Below are positions 9,891-20,672 of a stretch of DNA of 59,032 nucleotides, one piece after another (the stretch's first letter is position 1; each line of letters starts with the position of its first letter). A program made the translations under genes and the position numbers. Below the pieces are notes generated by a model that saw nothing but the letters and a program-made list of their open reading frames with translations, did not search any database and was not told where the DNA came from. Origin of the DNA: Elusimicrobiota bacterium. GTDB lineage: Bacteria > CG03 > SLGR01 > JAGXOG01. Location: assembly GCA_051745145.1 (NCBI GenBank), contig JBNJDT010000008.1, positions 1 to 59,032 of the forward strand. Direction: 5' to 3'.

Positions 9891-11375
9891 ATGAGAGCAC
9901 TATTAAGCGTCACAGATAAAAAAGGGCTGGATTATTTTGCCGGTCAACTTGTGGATATGGGCTGGGATTTGATTGCCACCCCCGGAACTCATAAATATCT
10001 TTTGGATAAAGATATAGATTCTAAAAAGATATCCGATTGTACGGGTATGCCGTGTATGCTTGACGGTAAAGTTAAAACCCTGCATCCTGAAATATTTGCC
10101 GGCCTGCTGGCTACAGGAAAGGAAAGCAAAGAGCTGGAGGCCAATAATTTTGAACGGATTGATCTTATCTGCTGCAATCCGTATAACATTGCCCAAACAT
10201 CTTCCCGGGAAGAAGAGTTTTTAAAGAATATAGACATAGGAGGCATTGCTCTTCTTAGGGCGGGCGCAAAGAACTATAAAAATGTTGTGGTAGTTTCGGA
10301 TAACCGGGATTATGAAAAAGTTATCCGGTTTTTAAAAAATAATAATTCGGACTTAAAATTTAGAAAGAAGCTCGCGGGTAAAGCTTTTAAACTTACTGCC
10401 GGATACGACCGGCAGCTTTTCCGGTATTTTAATAAAGATAATTCCGACCGGGGGGATGAATTTTCTGTAGAATACAGGAAAAATATTGATTTGCGGTACG
10501 GGGAAAACCCCCATCAGAAAGCGGTTTTATACGGCGATACTCCCTTTACTAAATTAGACGGTAATACTTCTTTGAGTTTTAATAATTACCAGGATATAAC
10601 CGCCGGCGTACGTGCGGTAAAGGTTTTTAACCGGCCCGGGTCTGTTATAGTAAAACATACCGTTCCCTGCGGAGCGGCGCTGGGGGATAATATAAAAGAA
10701 GCTTATCTTAAATCCCTGAGGGCTGATCCTATGAGCGCCTTCGGGGGTATAGTTATTCTCAACAGAAAAGTTGACCTTAAAATTGCCCGGCTCATTAAAA
10801 AGCGGTTTTACGAAGTTGTCGCCGCCCCCGGATTTAGCCCGGAAGCTTTGGAATTACTTTCCCGGAAAAACAGTTTGAGTATAGTAAACTACCGCAATTT
10901 TGAAACTGAAGTAGATTTTCGAAAAATTCCCGGGGGAATTTTAACTCAGGATGCGGATACGTTTGCTCGGGAAAATTGGGAAACCGTTTCCAAAAGAAAA
11001 CCGGATGAGTCGGAAATGAAAGATCTAAAATTTGCCTGGAAAATAGGGGCCGTTTTAAAATCCAATTCTGCGGCTATAGCTGCAGACAATATGACCCTGG
11101 GGCTGGGCAGCGGAGAGACGGCCAGGGTGGATGCAGTGAAAATAGCTGTCTCAAAGATGGACCGGGTGGAGGGAATTCAAAAAATAGAAAACAATCTTGT
11201 TATGGCTAGCGACGGTTTTTTCCCGTTCCCGGATTCGATCGAGGCCGCCGCTGAAGCCAAAGTTAAGGCCATAGCCGAACCCGGGGGTTCGAAAAACGAC
11301 GATAAAGTTATACAGGCGGCTGACAGGCTGGGAGTGAGTCTTATATTTACGGGCAGGAGACATTTTTATCATTAA
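9891..11375 (+). CDS. purH: Bifunctional AICAR transformylase / IMP cyclohydrolase
   Basis: RALLSV, VKTLHP, IDIGG, LRYGENPHQ, ASDGFFPF, FTGRRHF. Confidence 0.96.
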   Translation: MRALLSVTDKKGLDYFAGQLVDMGWDLIATPGTHKYLLDKDIDSKKISDCTGMPCMLDGKVKTLHPEIFAGLLATGKESKELEANNFERIDLICCNPYNIAQTSSREEEFLKNIDIGGIALLRAGAKNYKNVVVVSDNRDYEKVIRFLKNNNSDLKFRKKLAGKAFKLTAGYDRQLFRYFNKDNSDRGDEFSVEYRKNIDLRYGENPHQKAVLYGDTPFTKLDGNTSLSFNNYQDITAGVRAVKVFNRPGSVIVKHTVPCGAALGDNIKEAYLKSLRADPMSAFGGIVILNRKVDLKIARLIKKRFYEVVAAPGFSPEALELLSRKNSLSIVNYRNFETEVDFRKIPGGILTQDADTFARENWETVSKRKPDESEMKDLKFAWKIGAVLKSNSAAIAADNMTLGLGSGETARVDAVKIAVSKMDRVEGIQKIENNLVMASDGFFPFPDSIEAAAEAKVKAIAEPGGSKNDDKVIQAADRLGVSLIFTGRRHFYH

Positions 11376-11405
11376 AATTTCTGCTCAAAGAGGAGGAAGT
11401 AGATT

Positions 11406-12557
11406 ATGAAAAAAAAGAGATTATTTACGCCGGGACCTACAGAAGTTCCCCCGAAGACACTGCTGGATACGGCTAAACCGGTTATCCATCACCGGAAACA
11501 GGATTTTAAGAATTTACTAAAAGATGCAACCGGTAAACTTAAGAAAGTATTAGGGACCGACGGGGAAATATTTACATTTGCTTCTTCGGGGACCGGGGCC
11601 ATGGAGGCGGCTGTGGTAAATTTCACCTCCCCCGGGGATAAGGCCCTTGTGATTGACGCCGGAAAATTCGGACACAGGTGGAAAGAGTTGTGCGAAACTT
11701 TTGATGTTCAGACCGTAGATTTAAATTACAGCTGGGGGGAGGCTGCAAATCCCGAAGATGTGGGGAAAATACTTAAAAAAAATGAAGATATAAAAGTGGT
11801 ATTTGCCACTCTTGTAGAGACTTCAAGCGGTACTGTTCACCCGGTAGAAGAGATTGCCTCGGCGGTTAAAAAGGCGGGAAAATCCATTGTGGTGGATGCG
11901 GTAAGCGGTCTGGGCTGCGATGTACTTAAAACAGATAAGTGGAACGTAGACGCTGTGGTTTCCGGTTCTCAAAAAGCCCTTATGACTCCCCCCGGACTGG
12001 GATTTGTATGTGTAAACAGCGATTCTTTGGAACTTTACCGAAAAAATAAAAGAGAAAATTACTACTGGGATTTTGAGAAGGCAAGCAAGAGATTAAAAAA
12101 CTACCAGACTCCTTTTACGCCGGCGGTAAATTTAATAAGGGGTTTAAATAGATCTCTTGAAAAACTGGCTAAAGAAGGCATAGAAAACGTCTGGGAAAGA
12201 CACCTGATTTTGAGCCGGGGTTGCCGGGCCGGAGTTAAAGCCCTGGGATTAGAAATACTGTCCGGTTCGCCGGCCCGGGGGTTGACTGCTGTTAAGTTAC
12301 CCGGGCAGGATAGAATAAACAGTAATTTAATAAAACATATGGCCAAAAATTACGGTATAATTATTGCCGGCGGACAGGCCCATATGAAAGGAGAAATTGC
12401 TCGGATAGCCCACATGGGTTACTATGATAAAACGGATATTCTCAATGTACTGGCAGTTTTAGGAGAGTCTTTAAAAACTTTGGGATACAGCTGTGATTCT
12501 GCAGCCGGTTTACAGGCCGCTTCTGAAATATTTGAGAGTAGAGAAAAGAAAAACTAG
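11406..12557 (+). CDS. Class V PLP aminotransferase (serine-pyruvate/alanine-glyoxylate or archaeal-type phosphoserine aminotransferase)
   Basis: LFTPGP, SGTGAMEA, VDAVS, SGSQKALMTPPG, RIAHMG. Confidence 0.9.
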   Translation: MKKKRLFTPGPTEVPPKTLLDTAKPVIHHRKQDFKNLLKDATGKLKKVLGTDGEIFTFASSGTGAMEAAVVNFTSPGDKALVIDAGKFGHRWKELCETFDVQTVDLNYSWGEAANPEDVGKILKKNEDIKVVFATLVETSSGTVHPVEEIASAVKKAGKSIVVDAVSGLGCDVLKTDKWNVDAVVSGSQKALMTPPGLGFVCVNSDSLELYRKNKRENYYWDFEKASKRLKNYQTPFTPAVNLIRGLNRSLEKLAKEGIENVWERHLILSRGCRAGVKALGLEILSGSPARGLTAVKLPGQDRINSNLIKHMAKNYGIIIAGGQAHMKGEIARIAHMGYYDKTDILNVLAVLGESLKTLGYSCDSAAGLQAASEIFESREKKN

Positions 12558-13936
12558 AATTTTTTATATATTATAAAAAGAGCGGTCAAAAACCCCACCG
12601 TCATTCCCGCCAGCACATCCAGCAGAAAATGGGAACCGACTATAATCCGGGAAGCACCTATTACAAGAGAAAATAGAAAGGCAACTATAGAAAGCCCGTA
12701 AGTGGGGGAAAGGCTCCATACAACCCCCGCTGAACTAAATGCGTAAGTAGTGTGACCGGAGGGAAAAGATTTATACCGGGAGCTCGAGGTAAAAAAATCG
12801 TGGTCCAATTCTTCCTCACTTTCTGCATTTCTAAGTACAGTGGGCCGGGGCCGGCCGATTATCGGTTTTAACGTGTAGGTTATTAACCCGGCACCCATTT
12901 GAACTACTAAAAATATCACGGTAATTTTAATATATTTTTTCTTCCTTTTTAGCAGTCCGTAAATTAAAGTAAGCAAAAATCCAACTGAGTATAGATGTAT
13001 TCCGTAATCGGTTATTATCTCGAACGTCTTTTTTAATTGAGGCCTGGCGGACATAAAATTGTAGGTCGATGTGGCTATCGGGATATCACCGTAGATAAAG
13101 GTTACGATAAGTCCGGCAACTAAAAAAACAAAAAATAACATTAACCCGTTTAGCAATTTTCCGGTCTTGCTGTTTAAAACAGATTTGTAAAAAGTCCACA
13201 GGTGAGAAAACCCGATTTTAGACTGCCCCTCGTCCCTGGGCTGAAAGGAATAGGGGGTCTGTTTAATGTTAATATCTTCGGGAATAATCTTTAAAAGATC
13301 AAAAAGTATCTTAAAACCCTCCAGTTTAAAATCTTGAACCTGTTTAAAATATTTTCTTAACGGTGCTGTTTTACCGGCAAACGCCCCGCTTAAAGGATCT
13401 TTAACCTTACTCTCCGGCGGCAGCACGCCGTTGGCCAGGAAAGTTCCTGTCTTGGTAATAAGTTTTCTGTAGATGGGGAATTCCCCCAGATCCGCCCGGT
13501 GAGCCGTTACCAGCTGGCCGGCATTAAGATCGCCGTACATCTTTCCCACAAGTTTTGGGGGGTGCTGAAAATCCGCATCTATCACGGCAAATTTTGGGGT
13601 CTGGATTATATCCAGAGCATCCAGAACAGAAGCGGTCAGTCCTTGGGTATTTCTTATATTAAGTTCATCCGAGAGAAAAGTTTTTTCATCAAAATTTTCT
13701 ACATTGGTTAGAATCTTGTTTTCCGACCGGTCTAAAAAATATAGATTGTTGTTAAATCCGGATTCTATGACGGTCTGTACGTATTTAAAGGAGCCGTCAT
13801 CCGATCCGTCGTCAGTAATATAGAGAGAACTGCCCGGATATAATTCCTCCAGCCGGAAAATAAGCTTCTTTAAATTATCCTTCTCATTTATTGTGGGAAT
13901 GATTATTGATAAATCTTTGTAATTTGAATTTGACAT
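12554..13936 (-). CDS. Fusion of DPM1-like GT2 glycosyltransferase and PAP2 phosphatase
   Basis: N-terminal IIPTINE, DDGSDDGS, DADFQHPP; C-terminal PAP2 motifs KPIIGRPRP, FPSGH, SRIIVGSHFLLD. Confidence 0.85.
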   Translation of the reverse strand: MSNSNYKDLSIIIPTINEKDNLKKLIFRLEELYPGSSLYITDDGSDDGSFKYVQTVIESGFNNNLYFLDRSENKILTNVENFDEKTFLSDELNIRNTQGLTASVLDALDIIQTPKFAVIDADFQHPPKLVGKMYGDLNAGQLVTAHRADLGEFPIYRKLITKTGTFLANGVLPPESKVKDPLSGAFAGKTAPLRKYFKQVQDFKLEGFKILFDLLKIIPEDINIKQTPYSFQPRDEGQSKIGFSHLWTFYKSVLNSKTGKLLNGLMLFFVFLVAGLIVTFIYGDIPIATSTYNFMSARPQLKKTFEIITDYGIHLYSVGFLLTLIYGLLKRKKKYIKITVIFLVVQMGAGLITYTLKPIIGRPRPTVLRNAESEEELDHDFFTSSSRYKSFPSGHTTYAFSSAGVVWSLSPTYGLSIVAFLFSLVIGASRIIVGSHFLLDVLAGMTVGFLTALFIIYKKF

Positions 13937-14149
13937 AATTTTATCAATTAAATATCATAATTTAACCTAATAGTCAACATGCTCAGGTAAAAATTAATAT
14001 ATTTAGAAAAATTTGGAATATATTTTTAGATTTTTAAAAAAATAATTTGCCCGGTAAATCAGATTGTTTTTACAGGATGTTCCCCCTACTGCAATTATAA
14101 ATTTTTAATATAAAATTTTTCCGGATGAAGTTGTATGTAAATAAAAAAA

Positions 14150-15157
14150 ATGAAACGTAAAGCTTATCTTTATAAAAAGTTAGAAGAGAGTAGAGTAAAA
14201 TGTAATCTTTGCGCCCACCGGTGCGTTATCTCTTCGGGGAGCACGGGGATATGCGGGGTGAGAAAAAATGAAGGGGGTCAGCTTTATACCACGGTTTACG
14301 GGGAGTCCATCTCCGCGGGAGTTGATCCTATAGAGAAAAAACCGCTCTATCACGTCTTGCCGGGGTCCGGGGCCTATTCCATAGCTACCGTGGGATGTAA
14401 TTTTAAATGCGGGTTCTGTCAGAACTGGCGAATTTCTCAAACCGGCGATACGAAATCTTACCGCGGCCGAAAATTAATGCCTGAAAAAGTAGTAGAAAAT
14501 GCCCGATCAGCAGGGGCCCGGAGTATAGCATATACCTATACCGAGCCTACAGTATTTTTTGAATACGCCTATGATACCGCCCGGCTGGCATCTCAAGAAA
14601 ATCTTAAGAATATTTTTGTAACCAACGGATTTATGTCCAAAGAGTCCCTGGATATGATACAGCCGTATCTGGATGCGGCCAACGTGGACCTTAAATATTT
14701 TAAGGATTCCTCCTACCGAGAAAATTGTAAAGGCCGCCTGAAACCGGTACTTGAAAATATAGAGTATATGAAAAAGCTGGGTATCTGGGTGGAGGTGACT
14801 ACTTTGATAATACCCGGGGAAAATGACAGTGACCGGGAGCTTGAAGATATTGCCGGATTTATAGCCGGGGTGGATAAAAATATTCCCTGGCACATTTCCC
14901 GGTTTGTCCCCCAGTACAAATACGACAATGTGGCCTCTACTCCGGTGGGGATACTGGAAAAAGCCATAGATATAGGAAAAGATGCCGGCCTGAAATTTAT
15001 CTATCTTGGGAATGTGGGACAGAAGACAGTTACCCGGTGTTTGGAGTGTGAGGAAAAGCTGATAAGCAGAACGGTCTATAATGTGGGGCTAAACCGGTTG
15101 ACCGGTGATGGCAAATGTCCGGACTGCGGCCAGAAAATACCCGGAATATGGAGCTAA
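14150..15157 (+). CDS. amrS: AmmeMemoRadiSam radical SAM enzyme
   Basis: CNLCAHRC, GICGVR, DPIEKKPLYH, CNFKCGFCQN radical SAM motif, YTYTEP. Confidence 0.92.
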   Translation: MKRKAYLYKKLEESRVKCNLCAHRCVISSGSTGICGVRKNEGGQLYTTVYGESISAGVDPIEKKPLYHVLPGSGAYSIATVGCNFKCGFCQNWRISQTGDTKSYRGRKLMPEKVVENARSAGARSIAYTYTEPTVFFEYAYDTARLASQENLKNIFVTNGFMSKESLDMIQPYLDAANVDLKYFKDSSYRENCKGRLKPVLENIEYMKKLGIWVEVTTLIIPGENDSDRELEDIAGFIAGVDKNIPWHISRFVPQYKYDNVASTPVGILEKAIDIGKDAGLKFIYLGNVGQKTVTRCLECEEKLISRTVYNVGLNRLTGDGKCPDCGQKIPGIWS

Positions 15158-15158
15158 A

Positions 15159-15866
15159 GTGGTAGAGAAAGCCGTCCTTCTGGCTTCCGGGAAAGGTACC
15201 CGCCTTAGAAAAAAATTTAAGGATACTCCAAAACCCCTGGTCCGGCTGTATGAGAAACCTCTTGCCTATTATCAGGTAAAGCAGTTTTACGATTACGGCA
15301 TTAAAGAGCTGGGGCTGGTGGTAAACAGCCGGACCGAGAGTTTAACCGGTATTTTAAAATCCGAATTCAAAGATTTGAATATAGTACCGCTTTTTCAAAA
15401 GAAATCCAACGGGACTGCCAAAGCCCTCCTTAAGGCTAAAAATTTTACCGGGTCCCAAAACTTTTTTATGACCTACAGCGATAATATCGGAAATTTCAGG
15501 CTAAAAAATCTGGAAAAAAGTTCCGGCTTAGGGGCGGTCCATATAACCTATAATAAAGACAATCCGGGAACCGCTCTTGTGGATCTGGATAATAACCGTA
15601 TAACCAAAATATACGAAAAACCCGAAAGTAAAGCCCCGAAAAACCGGTTATACCCGGTATTTATATTTAGCCCGGCTATTTACAAATACCTGGAAAATGT
15701 AAAGATGGGGAAAACCGGGGAATACGAGTTAAGCAACGCCATAAATGACGGGATAAAAGACGGCAAAAAATTTTATTATTCGGTAAACAATACTAAAAGG
15801 ATAAATTTAAATACTCCCCGAGATTTTAAAGAAGCCAGAAAGTTTTTAGACAGCCAGGGAAGTTAA
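15159..15866 (+). CDS. Sugar-phosphate nucleotidyltransferase (glucose-1-P thymidylyltransferase-like)
   Basis: LLASGKGTRL, PKPL, GTAKAL, EKP, GEYELS; likely start GTG 15159 just after the amrS stop (ORF track gives 15105). Confidence 0.85.
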   Translation: MVEKAVLLASGKGTRLRKKFKDTPKPLVRLYEKPLAYYQVKQFYDYGIKELGLVVNSRTESLTGILKSEFKDLNIVPLFQKKSNGTAKALLKAKNFTGSQNFFMTYSDNIGNFRLKNLEKSSGLGAVHITYNKDNPGTALVDLDNNRITKIYEKPESKAPKNRLYPVFIFSPAIYKYLENVKMGKTGEYELSNAINDGIKDGKKFYYSVNNTKRINLNTPRDFKEARKFLDSQGS

Positions 15867-16607
15867 ATCTTCGGGAATTATAATATTTCCCGAATAATAT
15901 TTTTTTAATTCTTGGATCAGTTCTTCAGTTTTGAATTCCTCCCTATATTCCCCCGAAAAGTGGATGGGTACAAGATTTTTAACTTTTGATTTTTCAGCCA
16001 TTTCTCCCAGGGAACCGGCCGAGGTGTGGTGTTTGTCCAGGGCCGAAATTTTATCTTTAAGTCTTACCGGCGCGTAGCAGTCGTGTATAAGATAGCCGGC
16101 GTTTTTAAATACGGACCGGTAATTATCCATGGGCCCGGTATCCGCAGTATAGACAAATTTAAAATTTTCTTTATCTATAATTATCCCCCTGGATTCGGGA
16201 GTGTGGCGGGTGGAGAAAAATTTCAGGTGGGGAATTAAATTTTTGTTATTTTTAATCTCTAAAATTTTTATATCCAGGTTATTGAGCCGGAAGAGTTTAA
16301 GGAAATTATCAAATTTATCTGAAGTTCCCGGGGGAACAAGGATATCCGGAAAAGTGCCGTGGGGTTTAAGAGTGTGAAGCAGGGAGGGCAGGCCGTATAC
16401 GTGATCCGGGTGAAGATGGGTTATAATAACACGATCTATATTTTTAAAATCCAGCTCAAGTTTTTCAAATTTGTGAACGATGCTACCCGGGCAGTCTATC
16501 AGAACATTGGCGGAATTCCATTCCAGGTATAAAGAAGTGTTATCCCTGGATGCCGTGGCCCGGGCCGATCCGGTGCCCAGAAAATAAATTTTAAATTCAG
16601 TATTCAT
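15846..16607 (-). CDS. RNase Z/BN-like metallo-beta-lactamase fold protein
   Basis: FLGTGS, LIDC, THLHPDH, YTADT, HTS, PIHFS. Confidence 0.85.
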   Translation of the reverse strand: MNTEFKIYFLGTGSARATASRDNTSLYLEWNSANVLIDCPGSIVHKFEKLELDFKNIDRVIITHLHPDHVYGLPSLLHTLKPHGTFPDILVPPGTSDKFDNFLKLFRLNNLDIKILEIKNNKNLIPHLKFFSTRHTPESRGIIIDKENFKFVYTADTGPMDNYRSVFKNAGYLIHDCYAPVRLKDKISALDKHHTSAGSLGEMAEKSKVKNLVPIHFSGEYREEFKTEELIQELKKYYSGNIIIPEDLTSLAV

Positions 16608-16738
16608 CTTTTCATTATAATAAAATTTTATAATATTATTAAGGTTATAGAAAATGTTAACACGTTATTTAACTGTTTAAAATTTGTTAATAAGTAGAAA
16701 AATAGATATAATTCAACGCCAAAACAGGAGGTAAAAAA

Positions 16739-17299
16739 ATGAAAAATATAGGAATAGATATAGACGGAGTTATTCTGGATACGGTTGAAGTGTATCTGGA
16801 CTACATCGAAAAAGTCTCCGGTAAAAGATACCAAAAACCCCAGATAACGGATTATTTATTTGAGAACTGCCTGGATATAACAGAAGAAGAGATGAGCATG
16901 GCCCTGGGGATGATGATAGAAGATAACATCTGGGGGGAAATACCTTTTTACCGGCAGGCCTTAGAATCTTTAAAACGCATAGGAACCGAGAAAAATCTTT
17001 ACATAATAACTTCCAGGCCGGAAGTTGCCCGGGAGCCCACTTTAAAATGGATAGAAAAGCACGGGATCCCAGCCCATAAGGTTGTCTTTACGGATATGGA
17101 GACAAAACTTGATTATATTGAACGGGAAAATATTAAGCTGGACTGTTTTGTCGAGGACAGATTTAAGTTTGCCCTGGAAGTATCCGGCGCGGGAGTTAAA
17201 GTTTTGCTTATGGACCGGCCCTGGAATAAAAAATATGAGCTGGAAAACGGCATTGTCCGGGTCCGGGACTGGGAACATATTGTGGATCTAATTTTTTAA
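16739..17299 (+). CDS. HAD-family 5'(3')-nucleotidase (NT5C-like)
   Basis: IGIDIDGV, IITSRP, FVEDR, DRPWN; RBS AGGAGG. Confidence 0.85.
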   Translation: MKNIGIDIDGVILDTVEVYLDYIEKVSGKRYQKPQITDYLFENCLDITEEEMSMALGMMIEDNIWGEIPFYRQALESLKRIGTEKNLYIITSRPEVAREPTLKWIEKHGIPAHKVVFTDMETKLDYIERENIKLDCFVEDRFKFALEVSGAGVKVLLMDRPWNKKYELENGIVRVRDWEHIVDLIF

Positions 17300-17333
17300 T
17301 TTTTGAATTTCTGCTGGCTCAATATCCTAAAAT

Positions 17334-19103
17334 ATGTTTGTATTTGAAACCTGTAAGATAGACCGGAAAAATTTCAAGTCTTACTATTTTACCGGACTAA
17401 AAAAGGAACTTACTCTAACCCGCCCCGAGGATATACCCCGGTATTTTAAAAAGTTGGAGAAATTATCCGAAAAGTACTACCTGGCCGGTTTTTTCTCCTA
17501 TGAGCTGGGGTATTTTTTAGAAGATATTTTTAATTATAAAAAAGAGGACAAATTTCCCCTGGCTTTTTTTGGAGTATACGAACAGCCGGCAGTCTACGAT
17601 CACTTAAAAGATAAGTGGGAGGCCGGTAATTTTAGATATCCCCCCAGACACAAATTTAAAGCGAAAAATTTAAAATTAAATATGTCCCGGCCGGAATATG
17701 TAGAAAAAATTTTGAAAATAAAAGAACATATCCGGGCCGGAAATATCTACCAGGCCAATTTCACCTTAAAGTATAAATTTGATTTTAAGGGGGACCCGTT
17801 GAGTTTCTACCGGGATTTAAAACTGCGGCAGAAAGCGGGTTATAATGTATTTATGGAGGCCGGGAATTTTAGAATACTTTCCTTTTCCCCGGAACTTTTT
17901 TTTAAAAAAGAGGAGAGGAGCTTAAATGTAAAGCCCATGAAGGGAACGGTAAAAAGGGGTAAAAATATCTGGGGGGATAGGGAGAAAAAAGAGTTTCTGG
18001 AGAACGATCCCAAAAACAGGGCCGAGAACGTAATGATTGTAGATCTTTTGAGAAACGATATGGGCCGTATTTCAATGCCGGGGTCCGTAAAAGTGGAGAA
18101 ACTTTTCGAAGTCGAAAAATTCAGAACTCTTTTCCAGATGACTTCCACGGTAAAAAGCAGGCTGGAGAAAGGTACAAAAATCTTTGATATAATAAAAGCC
18201 CTGTTTCCCTCGGGGTCGGTAACTGGAGCGCCGAAGATAAAGAGCATGCAGATTTTGAGCCGCCTGGAAAAAGAAGAAAGAAAAATTTACTGCGGGGCTC
18301 TGGGATTTTTCGGCCCCGGTGGTAAAGCTAAATTTAATGTACCCATCCGCACAGTACTTATTGAGGATAACAGTGCCCGGATGGGGGTGGGGGGAGGAAT
18401 AGTTTACGATTCAAAACCAGAGCAGGAATACGAAGAATGTAAGACCAAAGCCCGGTTTTTAACCGGGGGTTACGGAGAAGATTTTAAACTTATAGAGACT
18501 CTTCTTTATGACGGTAAATTAAAAGATGTGAGTGCCCATTTAAAGCGGATGAAAAATTCGGCAGATTATTTCGAATTTAAATTTAACGAAGATAAGATTA
18601 AAGAGGATCTCCGGCGGACAATTTCCGGATTGGATGGCGGAAAATACAAGGTGAGAATTCTGGTTGACCGGGCGGGAAAAATTAAGACAGAATGCAATTC
18701 TTACCGGGATATCCAGAATTATAAAATAAAATTTTCTAAAGTAAATACGGACCCGGAGAATATCTTTCTGTATCATAAAACCACCATCAGAAAAATTTAC
18801 GATAAAGAATTAAATAAGGCCCGGGGCCAGGGTTTTTATGATATAATTTTTTGTAATAAAAAAGGGCAGGTAACCGAGGGGGCGATTACAAATATATATC
18901 TGGAAAAGAACGGAGTTAAGTATACCCCGCCGGTAAACTCCGGACTTTTAAACGGAACTTTACGGGACAAGCTGGTAAAGAGAGGAGAGGTAAAAGAAAA
19001 AGTGCTCTATCCTGAAGATGTAAAAGATGCGGATGAAGTTTTTTTGTCTAATTCAGTCATTGGTTTAAAAAAAGTTAGGTTTTCCGGTTGCAAAGAAGCT
19101 TAA
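17334..19103 (+). CDS. pabB: Aminodeoxychorismate synthase component I fused to aminodeoxychorismate lyase-like domain
   Basis: SPELFF, PMKGT, AENVMIVDLLRND, FPSGSVTGAPK; C-terminal class IV domain (HKTT, TEGAITN, GLLNG, LSNSV). Confidence 0.92.
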   Translation: MFVFETCKIDRKNFKSYYFTGLKKELTLTRPEDIPRYFKKLEKLSEKYYLAGFFSYELGYFLEDIFNYKKEDKFPLAFFGVYEQPAVYDHLKDKWEAGNFRYPPRHKFKAKNLKLNMSRPEYVEKILKIKEHIRAGNIYQANFTLKYKFDFKGDPLSFYRDLKLRQKAGYNVFMEAGNFRILSFSPELFFKKEERSLNVKPMKGTVKRGKNIWGDREKKEFLENDPKNRAENVMIVDLLRNDMGRISMPGSVKVEKLFEVEKFRTLFQMTSTVKSRLEKGTKIFDIIKALFPSGSVTGAPKIKSMQILSRLEKEERKIYCGALGFFGPGGKAKFNVPIRTVLIEDNSARMGVGGGIVYDSKPEQEYEECKTKARFLTGGYGEDFKLIETLLYDGKLKDVSAHLKRMKNSADYFEFKFNEDKIKEDLRRTISGLDGGKYKVRILVDRAGKIKTECNSYRDIQNYKIKFSKVNTDPENIFLYHKTTIRKIYDKELNKARGQGFYDIIFCNKKGQVTEGAITNIYLEKNGVKYTPPVNSGLLNGTLRDKLVKRGEVKEKVLYPEDVKDADEVFLSNSVIGLKKVRFSGCKEA

Positions 19104-19124
19104 GAAAATATATTATTTAAAAAT

Positions 19125-20654
19125 ATGAGAAGAGAATACCGTAGAAAACGTATTTCCGTAGTAGCCGCTTATCTTTCCACCCTGGCCATGGTCTGCGGGG
19201 GAATTTTATTAATTCCTTTTTTTGTGGGGTTGGTGTACGGGGAAATTGGTATGGCCGATAACCTGGTTAAGGCTTTTTTGTATCCGGGGATTATTTCGAT
19301 TGTAATAGGTATAGCTGTCAGTAAAATTACCACCCAGTATGAAACCCACCTCAAGGATGCCATGGCAATATGCGTGCTGGGATGGGTTATGTATTCTATG
19401 ATAGGGGCCGTACCTTATGTGGTAATTCTAAAGATCCCGTATTTAAATGCGGTTTTTGAAACCATGAGCGGGTTTACAACTACGGGGATTACCCTGCTTA
19501 CCGGACTGGACAGCATGCCCAGGTCAATACTGTTCTGGCGGGCCTTTACCCAGTGGCTCGGGGGTTTGGGGATTTTGAGCATGTTTATATTTATCGGGTT
19601 TAAAGGGGGATCGGCGGCCAGTAAATTGTTTTCCGCAGAATCCCACAAGATTTCTTCCAGCCAGCCCCACCCGGGAATATATAATACGGTCAAAACTTTC
19701 TGGAAAATATATATTTTTTTAAGTATAGCCCAGCTCACGGTACTTTTATTTTTGGGTCTGGGACTATTCGACGCCTTAACCCATACGTTTACTACTCTGT
19801 CAACGGGAGGCTTTTCAATATACGACAGTTCAATAGCTCACTACGGGCAGGCGGGATTTGGGTATTTTAATTATATAGAGCTTGTTTACATGTTCTTTAT
19901 GGTCATGGGGGGATTAAATTTTTTCATTCATTACAATATATGGACCGGCAATATTAAATCCCTGTGGGAGGATACCGAAGCCAGGACCTATCTTCTAATC
20001 ATATTGTCGGCAACCGGTATAATATTTCTAAGCTATGCCCTAAAAAACGGAGTTGATTATACCGCCGGCGAGCAGGTATATACCGGCTTAAAGGGAGCTT
20101 TTTACAATATAAAGGATGCCGGATTTCAGGTAATATCTATATTGACTACCACAGGTTATGCCACAAGGGATATAAATTCAGCTTATTTTACGGCCCTGGC
20201 CAGGCAGATTTTCCTGGTCTTCATGGTTATAGGGGGCTGTTCGGGTTCCACCGGGGGAGGATTTAAGATTATAAGGGTGGTAACCCTTTTTAAAGTGGTT
20301 AAATCCCGATTGTTTAAACTAAATACCAGCTACCTGGCCCAGGTTCCGGTAACCATTAAAAATAAGATCATCCGCAGTGATGAAATACAGAGAATAACGG
20401 TAATATTTGTCATGTGGATTGCGTTTTTGATCGCGGGCGGGGGAATAACGGCATTTTTCTCGGATCTTTCGGGGTGGGCGAGTTTTTCGGGTATGTTTTC
20501 TGCCCTTGGAAATATAGGGCCGAGTTTTATAACGATAGAGGAGATGGTTGCTTTTCACCCGGCGGTAAAGATAACCTATATAATAGGTATGCTGGCCGGG
20601 AGGCTGGAGATAATTCCGGTAATTTTGTTGTTCAGCGGTAAATTCTATAAATAA
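19125..20654 (+). CDS. trkH: Trk potassium uptake membrane protein
   Basis: FETMSGFTTTG, STGGF, TTTGY, GGCSGSTGGG, GNIGP, GRLE. Confidence 0.95.
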   Translation: MRREYRRKRISVVAAYLSTLAMVCGGILLIPFFVGLVYGEIGMADNLVKAFLYPGIISIVIGIAVSKITTQYETHLKDAMAICVLGWVMYSMIGAVPYVVILKIPYLNAVFETMSGFTTTGITLLTGLDSMPRSILFWRAFTQWLGGLGILSMFIFIGFKGGSAASKLFSAESHKISSSQPHPGIYNTVKTFWKIYIFLSIAQLTVLLFLGLGLFDALTHTFTTLSTGGFSIYDSSIAHYGQAGFGYFNYIELVYMFFMVMGGLNFFIHYNIWTGNIKSLWEDTEARTYLLIILSATGIIFLSYALKNGVDYTAGEQVYTGLKGAFYNIKDAGFQVISILTTTGYATRDINSAYFTALARQIFLVFMVIGGCSGSTGGGFKIIRVVTLFKVVKSRLFKLNTSYLAQVPVTIKNKIIRSDEIQRITVIFVMWIAFLIAGGGITAFFSDLSGWASFSGMFSALGNIGPSFITIEEMVAFHPAVKITYIIGMLAGRLEIIPVILLFSGKFYK

Positions 20655-20672
20655 AAAGGAGGAGATGTTACT

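Noticed and set aside
13980..14130. Possible cobalamin riboswitch (CCCCCTACTGCA resembles the CCCGCAACTGT motif)
   Set aside because: No AGGGAA, GCCACTG or B12-box elements; the surrounding sequence is too AT-rich to form the fold
15105..15158. N-terminal extension of the nucleotidyltransferase
   Set aside because: Overlaps the amrS C-terminus; GTG 15159 has a GGAG RBS and fits the family start
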